Source: Kiritimatiellia bacterium (lineage in GTDB: Bacteria > Verrucomicrobiota > Kiritimatiellia > RFP12 > UBA1067). From it: a stretch of DNA of 64,000 bases. A model generated the notes under the pieces. That model was not told where the DNA came from. It ran no database searches and saw nothing but the letters and a program-made list of their open reading frames with translations. Positions within the stretch are counted from its first letter, which is position 1; every line of letters begins with the position of its first letter. The position numbers were made by a program, and so were the translations under genes. This document shows positions 9,303 to 19,392 of the stretch, piece after piece. The stretch lies in NCBI GenBank assembly GCA_050949565.1, contig JBMNFY010000017.1, positions 128,001 to 192,000 of the forward strand, given 5' to 3'.

Positions 9303-10613
9303 ATGCAAAACCGTAGAGAGTTCATTAAGAGTTCAGGTGTGTTCGCGGCGATGATGGCGGCGGCACCGACCATTTCAATCGCGCAGAATGCGCCGCGCGT
9401 GTTCAAAGTCGGCATGATCGGCGCGGGTGGACGCTGCGTAGGCGCAATGGCGCAGATCATCGAGGCGGCCAAGAGCCTCGGCCATGACGCCAAACTGGTG
9501 GCCGTCTGTGACTTCTTTGAAGATCGCGCCAAGAACGCCGCGAAGAAGTTCGGTTGCGACGAGAAGAACGCCTTCTGGGATGCGAACAGCTACAAGAAGG
9601 TCGTGGCCTCTGACTGCGAGATCATCGTGACGGCCACGCCGCCGAGTTTCCGTCCGGTTCACGTTGAAGCGGCGATCAAGGCCGGCAAGCACGTCTTCGC
9701 GGAGAAGCCGGTGGCGGTCGACGGACCGGGCGTGCGCCAGTTCCTGGCGGCGGCCAAGCTGGCCAAGGAGAAGAACCTCGCGCTGGTAGCCGGCACGCAG
9801 CGTCGCCACCAGAAGGGCTATCTGTTGCAGGCGCTGGCGTTGCAGCAGGGCAAGGTCGGCCAGATACTGGGCGGCGCGGTGTACTGGAACGGCACGGTGC
9901 CGTGGGTGCGCGCACGCAAGGAAGGCATGAAGAACGATGCCTACCTGTGCAGCAACTGGGTGAACTGGACTGAGCTGTCCGGCGACCACATTGTCGAACA
10001 GCACGTCCATAACCTGGACGTCGCGAACTGGTTCATCGGTCGCTACCCGCGTACGGCTGGCGCCTTTGGTGCGCGCACGCGTCGCGTGTCTGGTAACCAG
10101 TACGATTTCTTCGGCGTCGACTTCGATTACGGCGACGGCGTCCGCATCCACAGCCAGTGCCGCCAGATTGGCGGAACCAGCAGCTTCGTGGGCGAGCGCT
10201 TCCGTACCGAGCAGTTCGAAATCTCGGGTGGTGGCAGGATCCAGAAGGTCGGCGGCGAGGCCCTGAAGCTCGAAGGCGACAGCTACACGCTGAACGGCAA
10301 CACCTACCCGATCAAGGATGGCAACCCGTATGTGATCGAACACGAGAATCTGCTGCGCGGTCTGCTCGGCCAGATCCCGATCATGAACGAGGGCGAGGCG
10401 GTGGCGATGTCCACGGCTTGTGCAGTCATCGGCCGCATCTCGGCCTATACCGGCCAGACGATCCGCATGTCGGATATCCTCGAAAACAAGGACTCGCCCT
10501 ACTACAACCTCGCCTGCAAGCCGACTTGGCAGGATTTCGAGGCGGGCGATGTGCCGATGCCGGAGTACGGCGACGATCAGGCGCCGCTGCCGGGCAAGCC
10601 TTGGGGCAAATAA
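9303..10613 (+). CDS. Tat-exported Gfo/Idh/MocA family oxidoreductase
   Basis: NRREFIK signal; GMIGAGGR, ATPP, HVFAEKP, GTQRRH, EQHVHNLD. Confidence 0.9.
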   Translation: MQNRREFIKSSGVFAAMMAAAPTISIAQNAPRVFKVGMIGAGGRCVGAMAQIIEAAKSLGHDAKLVAVCDFFEDRAKNAAKKFGCDEKNAFWDANSYKKVVASDCEIIVTATPPSFRPVHVEAAIKAGKHVFAEKPVAVDGPGVRQFLAAAKLAKEKNLALVAGTQRRHQKGYLLQALALQQGKVGQILGGAVYWNGTVPWVRARKEGMKNDAYLCSNWVNWTELSGDHIVEQHVHNLDVANWFIGRYPRTAGAFGARTRRVSGNQYDFFGVDFDYGDGVRIHSQCRQIGGTSSFVGERFRTEQFEISGGGRIQKVGGEALKLEGDSYTLNGNTYPIKDGNPYVIEHENLLRGLLGQIPIMNEGEAVAMSTACAVIGRISAYTGQTIRMSDILENKDSPYYNLACKPTWQDFEAGDVPMPEYGDDQAPLPGKPWGK

Positions 10614-10619
10614 TAAACA

Positions 10620-10960
10620 AGTTGTTTCTCACACGAAGACACTAAGGGCACTAAGGTTTTTTGGGAGCACTGCTCTGTTGTTTCACGCGAAGGCGCGAAG
10701 ACGCGAAGGTTGGAGGGCGAGTGTCCCCACGAGCCGCCTTCCGCTGCGCGGAGGGATGGTCTCAGGTTCCCTCGCAGAGCACCGGGAGGGACGAGCGTCG
10801 CTCGTCCGCGGGCAAGCGGACGCTTGCCCCTCCCAGCGCTTCGCAAGCCCGACACAAGTGCTGGAGGACGGCATTTGGGTGGCGCGCAAAAATGGAAAAT
10901 TTGTGGTCTTCGTGGCCTTCGTGTGAGATTGAATTGCGTTGCGGGCTTCGCCCGCATTAG
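10620..10960. repeat. Mosaic intergenic repeat cluster (9-mer blocks, GGAGGGCGAG...CGAGCCG and GGAGGGACGAGC REP-like hairpins, GCGGGCTTCGCCCGC module)
   Basis: Modules recur at 23434-23700, 28747, 14225 and 42467-42560 (reverse). Confidence 0.8.
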
Positions 10961-10962
10961 GC

Positions 10963-12429
10963 TTATATCTCCCAGCCCTTGCGGTAGCTGCGCTTCAGGA
11001 ATGTGTTCGCGCTCTCTTTATTGGTGAAGCGGCCCGCCTTGGCGTCCCACTTGAGTTCGTCGCCACTGTCTTCCGCGATCGCCGCCACGCCGAGCATGAC
11101 CACCTCGTTCAGGCGCTGCGAATATTCGAGGTTCGCGCAAGGCACGGGACCTCCCATGCAGCCGCGCAGGAAGTCGACCTGATGTCCGCCCTTCACACGC
11201 GGAATCGTCTTCTCCGGCGACGGCTTGCTCAGTTCCCCGGGGAAAAAGCGTATCCATTCCCCGAAACAGCCCATCACGATATACCCCTTCTCGCCGACAA
11301 AGATCGATCCGTCGTCACCAAGATCGACGTTGTATTTTTTCTCGATCTCCTCCAGAAGCGGCGGCGTGAACCAAACCTTGCGGTCCTTGATGAGCTTGGA
11401 AGTCGAGCCGCCGACAAACCATGTGGTATCGTCCCACGGCGTATCCCCCTTGAGGCCGTCATACCAGTGAACCGTCACCGGCGCGAGATTACCGCGTGCA
11501 GGGAATTTCCAAATCACGTGGTCGCGCAGGTTCCACGAATCCTCCGATCCATGCCTCACGTCCGTCACGCGGACGCTCTCCGGCGCGCCGAGGTTCAGCG
11601 ACCAGAACGCGGGATCGAGGATGTGATTGCCCATGTTGCCGAGCGTGGCGCTGCCAAAGTTTTTCCAACTGTACCAGCCCATCGGATGGAGTCCCTCGCG
11701 TCCGCTGCGGAAACCGGTATGGGGCGACGGTCCGATCCAACTGTCCCAGTTCATCCCTGCCGGGACCGGCTCCTCCGGCGGCAACCTGTTCATGCGCCCG
11801 TTCAAGCGCTGCGTCCAAGTATGCACTTCAGTGACCTGCCCGAGCGCGCCTGCTCCGATGTACTCCACGAGACGCCGCACGGCCTCCTGCGAGTGCCCCC
11901 ACTGCCCCATCTGCGTGACGGCATGGTGCTTGCGTGCTTCCGCGAGCATCCGCCGTCCCTCCTCCACGGTAAAGGAAAGCGGCTTCTCGATGTATGCGTG
12001 GATACCGTTCCGGAACGCCAGCAGGGCCGGCATCAGATGGTGATGGTTCGGCGTCGCGATGAAAACGGCGTCCACTCCGTCCGCCATCTGCTTGTAGAAC
12101 TCGCGGTAATCATCGAACTCGGCGATGCCATTCGTGTCAATGCTGAGCTCCTTCATCGAGGCCAGCTTCCGCTTGACACCCCGTATCATCGCCGGATCAG
12201 GATCCACCAAGGCGACGATCTTCGCGAGTTTCGTCCAAGCGACGCTGGACGCCAACCCGCCCCCCATTCTGCCAAGCCCAAGGATCGCGACCCTAAGCGG
12301 CTTTGAAGGATCCTTTATCTCGCACCGTTTGAGTCCAGCGTTCTCCTGTTGGCTCAACACCGGCGCCGCCATGAATCCCGCGCCTGCGGCAGCAGTCGCC
12401 CCCATGAACCCTCGTCTTGTCATGTTCAT
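10963..12429 (-). CDS. Tat-exported Gfo/Idh/MocA family oxidoreductase
   Basis: Start MNMTRRGFM (RBS AAGGAG); LGLGRMG, IATPNHHH, YIEKP, NMGNHILD. Confidence 0.9.
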   Translation of the reverse strand: MNMTRRGFMGATAAAGAGFMAAPVLSQQENAGLKRCEIKDPSKPLRVAILGLGRMGGGLASSVAWTKLAKIVALVDPDPAMIRGVKRKLASMKELSIDTNGIAEFDDYREFYKQMADGVDAVFIATPNHHHLMPALLAFRNGIHAYIEKPLSFTVEEGRRMLAEARKHHAVTQMGQWGHSQEAVRRLVEYIGAGALGQVTEVHTWTQRLNGRMNRLPPEEPVPAGMNWDSWIGPSPHTGFRSGREGLHPMGWYSWKNFGSATLGNMGNHILDPAFWSLNLGAPESVRVTDVRHGSEDSWNLRDHVIWKFPARGNLAPVTVHWYDGLKGDTPWDDTTWFVGGSTSKLIKDRKVWFTPPLLEEIEKKYNVDLGDDGSIFVGEKGYIVMGCFGEWIRFFPGELSKPSPEKTIPRVKGGHQVDFLRGCMGGPVPCANLEYSQRLNEVVMLGVAAIAEDSGDELKWDAKAGRFTNKESANTFLKRSYRKGWEI

Positions 12430-12541
12430 TTCCGCACTCCTTTGATTAGAAAGTTTCACGCGCCGTCTTCGTGTCTTCGCGTGAATACCAAAAACCTTCG
12501 TGCCCTTTGTGCCTTTGTGTGAGAAAAACTTCGCCGGTCGC

Positions 12542-13936
12542 TTACGCCTTCAACTCCCAGCCCGGTTCGTACGGCGGCATCCAGAACTTCGATGCGGGGC
12601 CTTTCGGATCCTTCAACTTGCCTGTCGCCGAATCGACGTGCACGGCGTCACCGGTCTGCAGCGAGACGTTGCCGAGTTCGGTGAGAAGGTTCGACTTGAG
12701 GGAGCTGTCGATCGGTTGCGCCGTATTGAGGTCGCCCGCAAGCACGCAGTCCGTGAAGCGCTGAACATGCCAGATGTCGCACGCGCGGATCGGATCGGAG
12801 AGGCGGGTGTCCCCTTCCTGATCGCCTGTGTCCGCAGCGTCCCACTCCTTGATGACTTTCTTCCCCTTGCGGTCATAGATCGCCGACTCGCCCCTCGGAC
12901 CGAAAAACGCAAGACCGTCATCGCAGTAAACGAGTGTACCTGTCCACTTGCCCATGAACGGCTGGGCGCCCGAATGTGAGCACCCCTCCCAGGTCAGGAA
13001 TTTCTTGTCGGGGAACTGCACCGTCAACATGTGCGTATCCTCCCACTCGAAGTCCTCGCCTTCGTAGAAGAGCTTGCCGCCCCCCGCGTAGACACGCTCC
13101 GGCCACTCGGCATCAAGCGCCCAGCGCGCGATGTCGACAAAGTGGAGGCCGTTGTTCGGCAGGTCGCCCGTACCGTAACCCTTGAAGAAGCGCCAGTTGT
13201 AGTGGACAATGTTCGAGCGGTACGCGCGGCGCGGCGCACAGCACTGCCAGAGGTCCCACCCATCGGCCCCCATCCAGGCAGGGACGGCGACCGGCTTCAC
13301 ATTACGGATCGCGGGACGGTCCGAAAGACACCACGCCTTCGCCCAGCGCGGTTTGCCGATCTGTCCTGAGCGGATAAAGTTGATCGCCTGTTTCGTCGCA
13401 TGCGAACTGCGGCGCTGCGTCCCGAGTTGGAAAACCCGGCCTGTCTTGCGCTGGACCTCGGCGAGAGTCTCTGCCTCGCCCGCCGCGATACCGATCGGCT
13501 TCTCAAGGTAGAGCGCCTTCCCCGCCTTCATGGCCTCGATGCCGATGTAACAGTGCGAATGATCCGGTGTCGCCACAAGGACGGCGTCGACATCGTCGCG
13601 GCGGACGGCCTCGCGGAAATCCTTCACCTTGGCGGGCGTGCGTCCAGTCATCTTCGTGACAACAGACGCCGCATCATCCAGCGCCGTCACATCGACATCG
13701 CAAAGGACGGTGATCTCGCAATTCTTCAACTCTGCGAAGCGGCTCATCACTTGGAAGCCCCGCCCGCGCGCACCCGTCGGGTCCACAACAAAACCATTGC
13801 CGTGATCCTTCGTACGTGCACAACCGACCACGCACAGGCGCATCTTCTTCGACGGCGTCGCCGCGCCGAAAAGCGTACTGACGGACGCAATGGTGAACGC
13901 ACTCCCGCCGGCCTTGATGAAATCCCTTCTGTTCAT
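12542..13936 (-). CDS. Tat-exported Gfo/Idh/MocA family oxidoreductase
   Basis: MNRRDFIK signal; VATPDHSH, YLEKP, GTQRRS, NNGLHFVD. Confidence 0.9.
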   Translation of the reverse strand: MNRRDFIKAGGSAFTIASVSTLFGAATPSKKMRLCVVGCARTKDHGNGFVVDPTGARGRGFQVMSRFAELKNCEITVLCDVDVTALDDAASVVTKMTGRTPAKVKDFREAVRRDDVDAVLVATPDHSHCYIGIEAMKAGKALYLEKPIGIAAGEAETLAEVQRKTGRVFQLGTQRRSSHATKQAINFIRSGQIGKPRWAKAWCLSDRPAIRNVKPVAVPAWMGADGWDLWQCCAPRRAYRSNIVHYNWRFFKGYGTGDLPNNGLHFVDIARWALDAEWPERVYAGGGKLFYEGEDFEWEDTHMLTVQFPDKKFLTWEGCSHSGAQPFMGKWTGTLVYCDDGLAFFGPRGESAIYDRKGKKVIKEWDAADTGDQEGDTRLSDPIRACDIWHVQRFTDCVLAGDLNTAQPIDSSLKSNLLTELGNVSLQTGDAVHVDSATGKLKDPKGPASKFWMPPYEPGWELKA

Positions 13937-14291
13937 GTCCTGACTCCCTTTTGCACTGGCTTCGGAGCCCTCCTCCTATGACCCACAGGCATTATGAAAA
14001 AAAACCAAAACGCATGGTCGCGCAAACTCCGAGGCCAGCGAAAACAGCATACACCACCCTGCGGCAGATCGTCCAGCGGATTCACGTGTAATCGGCGTTC
14101 GCAAAATGGCGGCGCTCCGCGAGCCCGATCACAAGCCGGAGGGCGCAACTAAGGGACAGGTGTTTAGCGCTAGGGGGCCGCGTGGCACGGGCATCTTGCC
14201 CGTGTGGCGGCGTGAAACGCCGCCCGGACGAGCAGGCGCTCGTCCCTCGCTGTTGTCCGCAAGATACCACATGTTCTAAGATGTCACAACG

Positions 14292-15521
14292 TCACAGACG
14301 GATACTCCTGACAACGCCATAACCGCGCCGGGGCACGACCTCCGTCTCTCCGAAACAGGCCGCCTGCCGCTCTTGCAGCGCACGCGCATTTTTGGCGACC
14401 GTCAGGCAGACGCCGCCGGGCTTCAGTGTGTCGTACGCGGTTTGGATAAACAGTTCTGCAATCCGGAAATCGGAGTAGTAAGGCGGATTGCCCGCAAAGA
14501 GATCGAAGCACGCATCCGACTGCGGCAGGCCGCAGTCGGAAAGCACAAGCGTCGCACGGTCAAGCAAACCAAGGCTCTCAAGGTTGCGCCGGGTGGCAAA
14601 CAAGGCACGCGCATGCGCATCAATGAATGTCACGCGCACATCCGGCTGACTGCGCGCAAGCAGGATACCGACCAGCCCGCAACCGCAACCCATGTCCAAG
14701 ACGTGCTGGCCGGGAGTGAGATCGCGGGCCGCGACTTCCGCCAGAGCGAGTCCGCCGGTATCGGGTCGGCGGTGACAGAAAACGCCCGGCAACGAGATGA
14801 GCGGACAGGGTTCAAGGCCAGGCAACGAAGCGGGAAAGGTGGCGCTAAAATCCCGTACACGCGCCAGCGCCCCTTTTTTCTTGGCGATGCAGCAACAGAC
14901 GCCCTTTTTATCGAAGCGAACACGCAACGTGCCGAAAATGGCGCGCACCTGTTTGAAAAGCGCGGCGCTGCTGGCTTCACAGGCCATCAGACAGAGACCG
15001 CCATCCACCAGACGCTCATGAATCTCTTCAAGCTGATCCAACACCAACTCTCCGGTCATGGTGCCGGGGGTGGACATAAAGAGCGCGGCGGCGAAAGGGC
15101 CATCCGGCAAGGAAGTCGTGCAATGGACCGCAACCGCCGATTGGTCAGAAGCGACGTCCGGCAACGTGTCGGCCAGAGTCTCGTCGCACAGATGCACCTC
15201 GCGATCATGCGTAAAACGCGGATGGGCACCATGGGCCGCTAACGTGCGCTGAATGGCGCGGGCATGGTGCAGGTCGAATGCATGGCACGCCAGTGCACGC
15301 TCCGGAAAACGCGCTGCGGCCGCCAGAGCGATGCAGCCGCTCCGGTTGCCCGCAGTCAGGAGCGCCCCCTCCGGCGCGGCGTCGAGTGACGGCAGATTGG
15401 CGAGCAGCAGACGTTCGGTGGCGTGCAGTCCCGAACGCGAAATCACGGCCAGCGTCCCATCGAGAAAGGTCTCGGTGACGGCGCGGCTTTTCGGAAGATC
15501 AGTGATGCGAATGGTTTGCAT
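14292..15521 (-). CDS. Class I SAM methyltransferase, RsmC/RlmG-like (methyltransferase small domain)
   Basis: Start MQTIRITD; two-domain layout; LPGVFCHRRPDTG, VLDMGCGCG, GNPPY. Confidence 0.75.
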   Translation of the reverse strand: MQTIRITDLPKSRAVTETFLDGTLAVISRSGLHATERLLLANLPSLDAAPEGALLTAGNRSGCIALAAAARFPERALACHAFDLHHARAIQRTLAAHGAHPRFTHDREVHLCDETLADTLPDVASDQSAVAVHCTTSLPDGPFAAALFMSTPGTMTGELVLDQLEEIHERLVDGGLCLMACEASSAALFKQVRAIFGTLRVRFDKKGVCCCIAKKKGALARVRDFSATFPASLPGLEPCPLISLPGVFCHRRPDTGGLALAEVAARDLTPGQHVLDMGCGCGLVGILLARSQPDVRVTFIDAHARALFATRRNLESLGLLDRATLVLSDCGLPQSDACFDLFAGNPPYYSDFRIAELFIQTAYDTLKPGGVCLTVAKNARALQERQAACFGETEVVPRRGYGVVRSIRL

Positions 15522-15536
15522 AGCGGGTTTTAAGGC

Positions 15537-15626
15537 TCTTGCAAAACCTCTCGTGGCATGGGCGTCCCGCCCATGAAACCCGGGCAAGATGCCCGTGCCA
15601 CACCTGTAGGCAAGGGGTTTGCAAGA
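15537..15626. repeat. REP-like doublet GTGGCATGGGCGTCCCGCCCATG...CGGGCAAGATGCCCGTGCCAC framed by an imperfect TCTTGCAAA inverted repeat
   Basis: Same doublet at 47940-47988 and a half copy at 14182. Confidence 0.8.
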
Positions 15627-15638
15627 CTCTCGGTTTTG

Positions 15639-17393
15639 TCAATGCGGGATAAAGGCTCCAAAATCAGGTACAAACAGACACTGCGCACCAAGCCGACGGG
15701 CTTGGGCACGAAGGTCGTTGTCATCGGTGACCAGAAGAATCTGGATTTTGGACGACTCCAACGTGTGGAAGCGGATGTTATCGAGCAGCACATTGTCGGC
15801 GCGATGCTCGCCCTCCCCACCGGAATAGGTCACGGTCACGTTGGGCGCGACCGACGTATCCGTACGGGTGGGGCCGTCGAAGACGATCTGCGTGCGCAGC
15901 GCGGGAGAGGCACTGACCAGGCGCACGACATCGCGAACGAGCATCTCACGCTTTTTCGACTCGGTGAGTGAGGCACCGCGCGGCGGGTTATAGCGGGATG
16001 GCAGCCCGTAAAGCACGTTGTGGCCATCCAGCAACAGAATGGCCGGCGTCTCGCCGCAGAGCGCGCGCGACAGCAGGGCAGCCTCTGGCGGCAGGTCCTC
16101 GGCCTGAGGTGGCGGCGGCACACCCAACGCCTCGATCGCGGCTATACGCCGCTGGAAGGCCTCTTTCAAGCGAGCCATGGCCGGTGCATCCAGCACATGC
16201 AGCTTGGCCAAATCGTCAAGGAATGTACGCAAGCGCGGCAAAGCGTTGTCGCCCACATCCTGAAATCGCGCGGTCAGTGCGTCTTCAAGCGCCGAGGCGG
16301 GAGCGTTAGGATTGAGCAGATTGTCGAGGCGCAACATTTCAGCAGCGAGTTCACTCTCCACTGCTTGCAGGTCGGCCGTCGGGCGCAATGCGTTGCGGAG
16401 CGCGGCGCGCACCGTCGCCAGCGTCTGCGCAACCTGCTCACGCCGTTCGGTCAATCGGGCGCGGTTGCCGCTGTGACGGTCGGCCTCGGCCTGCTTGCTC
16501 AAGGCGGCTTCGGCCCGTGCGAGCAGTTCCGCATGCGGCGCGGTCTGATGCACGTCGCGCTCGACCTCGCGCGCCTGGCCGAGCCAACCGTGAAACTCCT
16601 GCGCAAGCGCCCGATCGACGGCTGCGGCCACACGCTCCTCGCGATGCGTTTGTTCACGCTTCAGTTCAACGGTCACTTCCTCCAGCTTACGCTCGGACTG
16701 CCGCAGGGTTTCGCCCAGCTCTTTTTCGCGTTGGCGGGCCGTATCGCGCTGTTCGACAACTTCATCCTTCTCGCGTTGAAGATTCTTGAGCTGCCCCTCC
16801 ACCCCTTTCAGACGGCGGTTCTCAGTTTTGAAGTCGCGCAGTCGTTGTTCCAGCCGCTCCTTTTGAGCGAGCCATGCTTCACGTGTCAGCGTGACACCCA
16901 TGTCATCACCATCCGGCACACGTCCCAGCAGGCTGTGGAGATCGGCAAAAAGGTCACGCAGGTACTCAACGGCTTTGTCGGGCTCAATGGCGTGAAATGC
17001 GTCGGGCCGCTGCATCCAGTCTTCGGCGTACTCCTGAACCTCATCGCGGTCATCGAGCAGCAGCGCGACCAGCAACGCCGGTGCGCCGAGCAGCGCAGCG
17101 AAGGCGTGACGGGCTTCGATCAGGGTGTCAATCGCGATCAGTCCCGTGAGTGTACATGTGCGCGAACGCCGCGCGAGAATGCATCGCAACTTATCCGACA
17201 CCTCGCCCGCGCCGCAGACGATCTGGTGCAGACGCTTCCGCAGGACCGGGATGTTGCCAGCACGAAAACCACCCCTCTGGAAGGCGGGCTCGGTAGCGAC
17301 AAGCATGTCCAACTCAACCTCTGGCATCAAATCGATCAAACGAGCGATTTCTTTTTCGCACTCAGGCGTAAGCGGTGTGGAACAGAGAGCCAT
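15639..17393 (-). CDS. Coiled-coil protein with C-terminal NYN/YacP (Rae1-like PIN) ribonuclease domain
   Basis: C-terminal LLLDGHNV...IVFDG...YSGGEGEHRADNV...LVTDDNDLR...RRLGA match YacP/NYN motifs; the central region is E/R/Q-rich heptad. Confidence 0.8.
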   Translation of the reverse strand: MALCSTPLTPECEKEIARLIDLMPEVELDMLVATEPAFQRGGFRAGNIPVLRKRLHQIVCGAGEVSDKLRCILARRSRTCTLTGLIAIDTLIEARHAFAALLGAPALLVALLLDDRDEVQEYAEDWMQRPDAFHAIEPDKAVEYLRDLFADLHSLLGRVPDGDDMGVTLTREAWLAQKERLEQRLRDFKTENRRLKGVEGQLKNLQREKDEVVEQRDTARQREKELGETLRQSERKLEEVTVELKREQTHREERVAAAVDRALAQEFHGWLGQAREVERDVHQTAPHAELLARAEAALSKQAEADRHSGNRARLTERREQVAQTLATVRAALRNALRPTADLQAVESELAAEMLRLDNLLNPNAPASALEDALTARFQDVGDNALPRLRTFLDDLAKLHVLDAPAMARLKEAFQRRIAAIEALGVPPPPQAEDLPPEAALLSRALCGETPAILLLDGHNVLYGLPSRYNPPRGASLTESKKREMLVRDVVRLVSASPALRTQIVFDGPTRTDTSVAPNVTVTYSGGEGEHRADNVLLDNIRFHTLESSKIQILLVTDDNDLRAQARRLGAQCLFVPDFGAFIPH

Positions 17394-17457
17394 ATTTGCT
17401 GGTCTCTATCTTAGGGAAGACCCCGCGCGGGCGCAATCTGAAAAAGCCCCAGACTTT

Positions 17458-18678
17458 TTAGGGCGCGCGCGCAGCGCGGCGATGGAGGTCGAGCCACAAG
17501 AAGCGGGGCCGATAGATCTCGGTCGTCTTGGGCAAACTGCCGCTCTGGTTGACATTGTAGCTGATCAGCAGGCGACCGGGCGGAGAGAGATGCGGATGCG
17601 CTTTGGCGTTGTACGTGTAGGTGGTGCCGCCATTGGAGGGATTGTAGATTTCAGGCTCCTGCGCACGGTGGATAAGGATGCCGTCGCCGAAGGGGCCGGT
17701 GGGCGTTTCGCCAACCGCGATCATCATATCGGGCGTCTGCACGTCACGGCAGTAGACCATCAGAAACTTGCCGCGGTACAGCCCCTCGCTGATCGGTGTG
17801 ACACTAAACTCGGTGGAGATACGGCGGTGGAGCGTGGCGGCCTCGCGCACGGCGACGGCGATATCCGGGCTCCATGCATGACCATCCCAGAAGCGCCACT
17901 GCGCGGGATCGGCGTACGCCTCACGCCGCACACGCGCCACCACCGCATCTTTGCGCGAACCCCGCTGTTTGTTGTCGCGGTACCCGTAGGCGTAGACATA
18001 TCCGTCCGGTTGGAAGGCGCCCGCCGCTTCGGAGAGGTCCATGAGAGCGACGCCGAACATGATGTCGAATGTTTCGTCCTTGTAGAGCAACGGGATATCG
18101 GGACGGACGCGCACACGCTTGAAATCGGGCCGACCGTTGACCAGCGGCAGGGTGATGAGATCAAGCCGCACCGGCTTCCAACCCTTTTCGGCGAAAGCGG
18201 TGATGAAGACGGAATCGCCGATCGCAATGCCGTCATTCAGCCAAGCGTGCGTGCCGGTGAAGAGGTGGCCGAGACCGCCGTCAGCCCGCTCGCCAAAGTG
18301 GAACGAGATCGCCTCGCGGCGCGGTGCGGTACCGTCGAGAATCGCGGCGGAGTGAGACGGCATGCCGCCGCCTGTAATGACGCGTGTCTGGGGGTCCGCC
18401 TCGCCGATGCGCGTATCGCTGAATAGAAAGAGCGTACACGTTGCCGAGCGCGCTCCGACGGCCGCGTCATAGCCGTTCAGGGGGACCGAATAGACACCGT
18501 CCGCGCCGAGCCAGCCGGAGGTGCGCTCGAACAGGGCCGTCCACTCCGGTGCGCGCGTAACGGCTGGCGGGCGTTCATCATCAGCGAAAACACCGACGCC
18601 GACGAAAACGAGAAGCAGGACGAGCGGTCGGAAAAACTTCAGCCAGGCATGGAGAAACTCATGAAGATGCGCGTACAT
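17458..18678 (-). CDS. Secreted DUF5005/DUF4185-like beta-propeller protein
   Basis: Signal-like N-terminus; GWLGADGVYSVPL, LFLFSDT, DGYVYAYG, WRFWDG, TYNAKAHPHL. Confidence 0.65.
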   Translation of the reverse strand: MYAHLHEFLHAWLKFFRPLVLLLVFVGVGVFADDERPPAVTRAPEWTALFERTSGWLGADGVYSVPLNGYDAAVGARSATCTLFLFSDTRIGEADPQTRVITGGGMPSHSAAILDGTAPRREAISFHFGERADGGLGHLFTGTHAWLNDGIAIGDSVFITAFAEKGWKPVRLDLITLPLVNGRPDFKRVRVRPDIPLLYKDETFDIMFGVALMDLSEAAGAFQPDGYVYAYGYRDNKQRGSRKDAVVARVRREAYADPAQWRFWDGHAWSPDIAVAVREAATLHRRISTEFSVTPISEGLYRGKFLMVYCRDVQTPDMMIAVGETPTGPFGDGILIHRAQEPEIYNPSNGGTTYTYNAKAHPHLSPPGRLLISYNVNQSGSLPKTTEIYRPRFLWLDLHRRAARAP

Positions 18679-18819
18679 GATTCCACTGTATCCGACAGAA
18701 CAACGGGCTGTCAATTGCCGGGCGCGATTCGCTCTGCCTTCCCGCTTGACTCAAGATGACGATTCGCGTAAAAAGGTGGCGGATTGTGGGTCGGCGGTTT
18801 CATGGTGGAAGGAGATAAC

Positions 18820-19287
18820 ATGAGGACATGTAAAATCGCAGGGGTTGTCTTGGGTGGGGGATTGGTTTTTTTTGTTCTTTGGGTGTTTCGGCCTTACGAA
18901 AGGGCAGACCCTAGAATGGTTGAGCCGAACCTTAGAGCGCTTGAGGCACCTTACCAAAAAGTCGTAACAACTAGTATTGGTGACGGTGGCAGCATGGGTT
19001 TAAGAATTGTCGATTGTAATGGGAAGGTTTTGGATTTCTGCCTTCCTGCACCTATGGATGAACCTACATTGCGTTATAACAAATTGTTCATGGGGTCCAC
19101 ATATTACACAGAGCCCGGGTCATCAGAAGTGCCAAATGCGCACCACACCAAGCTTCGGCTGGCGGAAATAATCCGTTCTCAAACAAAACCTGACCCAGAA
19201 AACGATGTTTTTGTATATCGCCTGACAGGACGCTGGCGAGACTTATGGGTACATATGATGCGTGAAGATGTCTTTCAGGTCTACTGA
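18820..19287 (+). CDS. Hypothetical membrane-anchored protein, visibly lower GC than its surroundings
   Basis: RBS AAGGAG before ATG 18820; N-terminal hydrophobic segment; AT-richer codon usage. Confidence 0.6.
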   Translation: MRTCKIAGVVLGGGLVFFVLWVFRPYERADPRMVEPNLRALEAPYQKVVTTSIGDGGSMGLRIVDCNGKVLDFCLPAPMDEPTLRYNKLFMGSTYYTEPGSSEVPNAHHTKLRLAEIIRSQTKPDPENDVFVYRLTGRWRDLWVHMMREDVFQVY

Positions 19288-19392
19288 AGGAACGCTGGAG
19301 AAGCGGGGTCGTGAGAAACGGGCTCGTTGGTGTGTTAACGTATCGCCACGGCAAGGCAACTGTGGTAGAGGAATTATGATGACTAATGGCAA

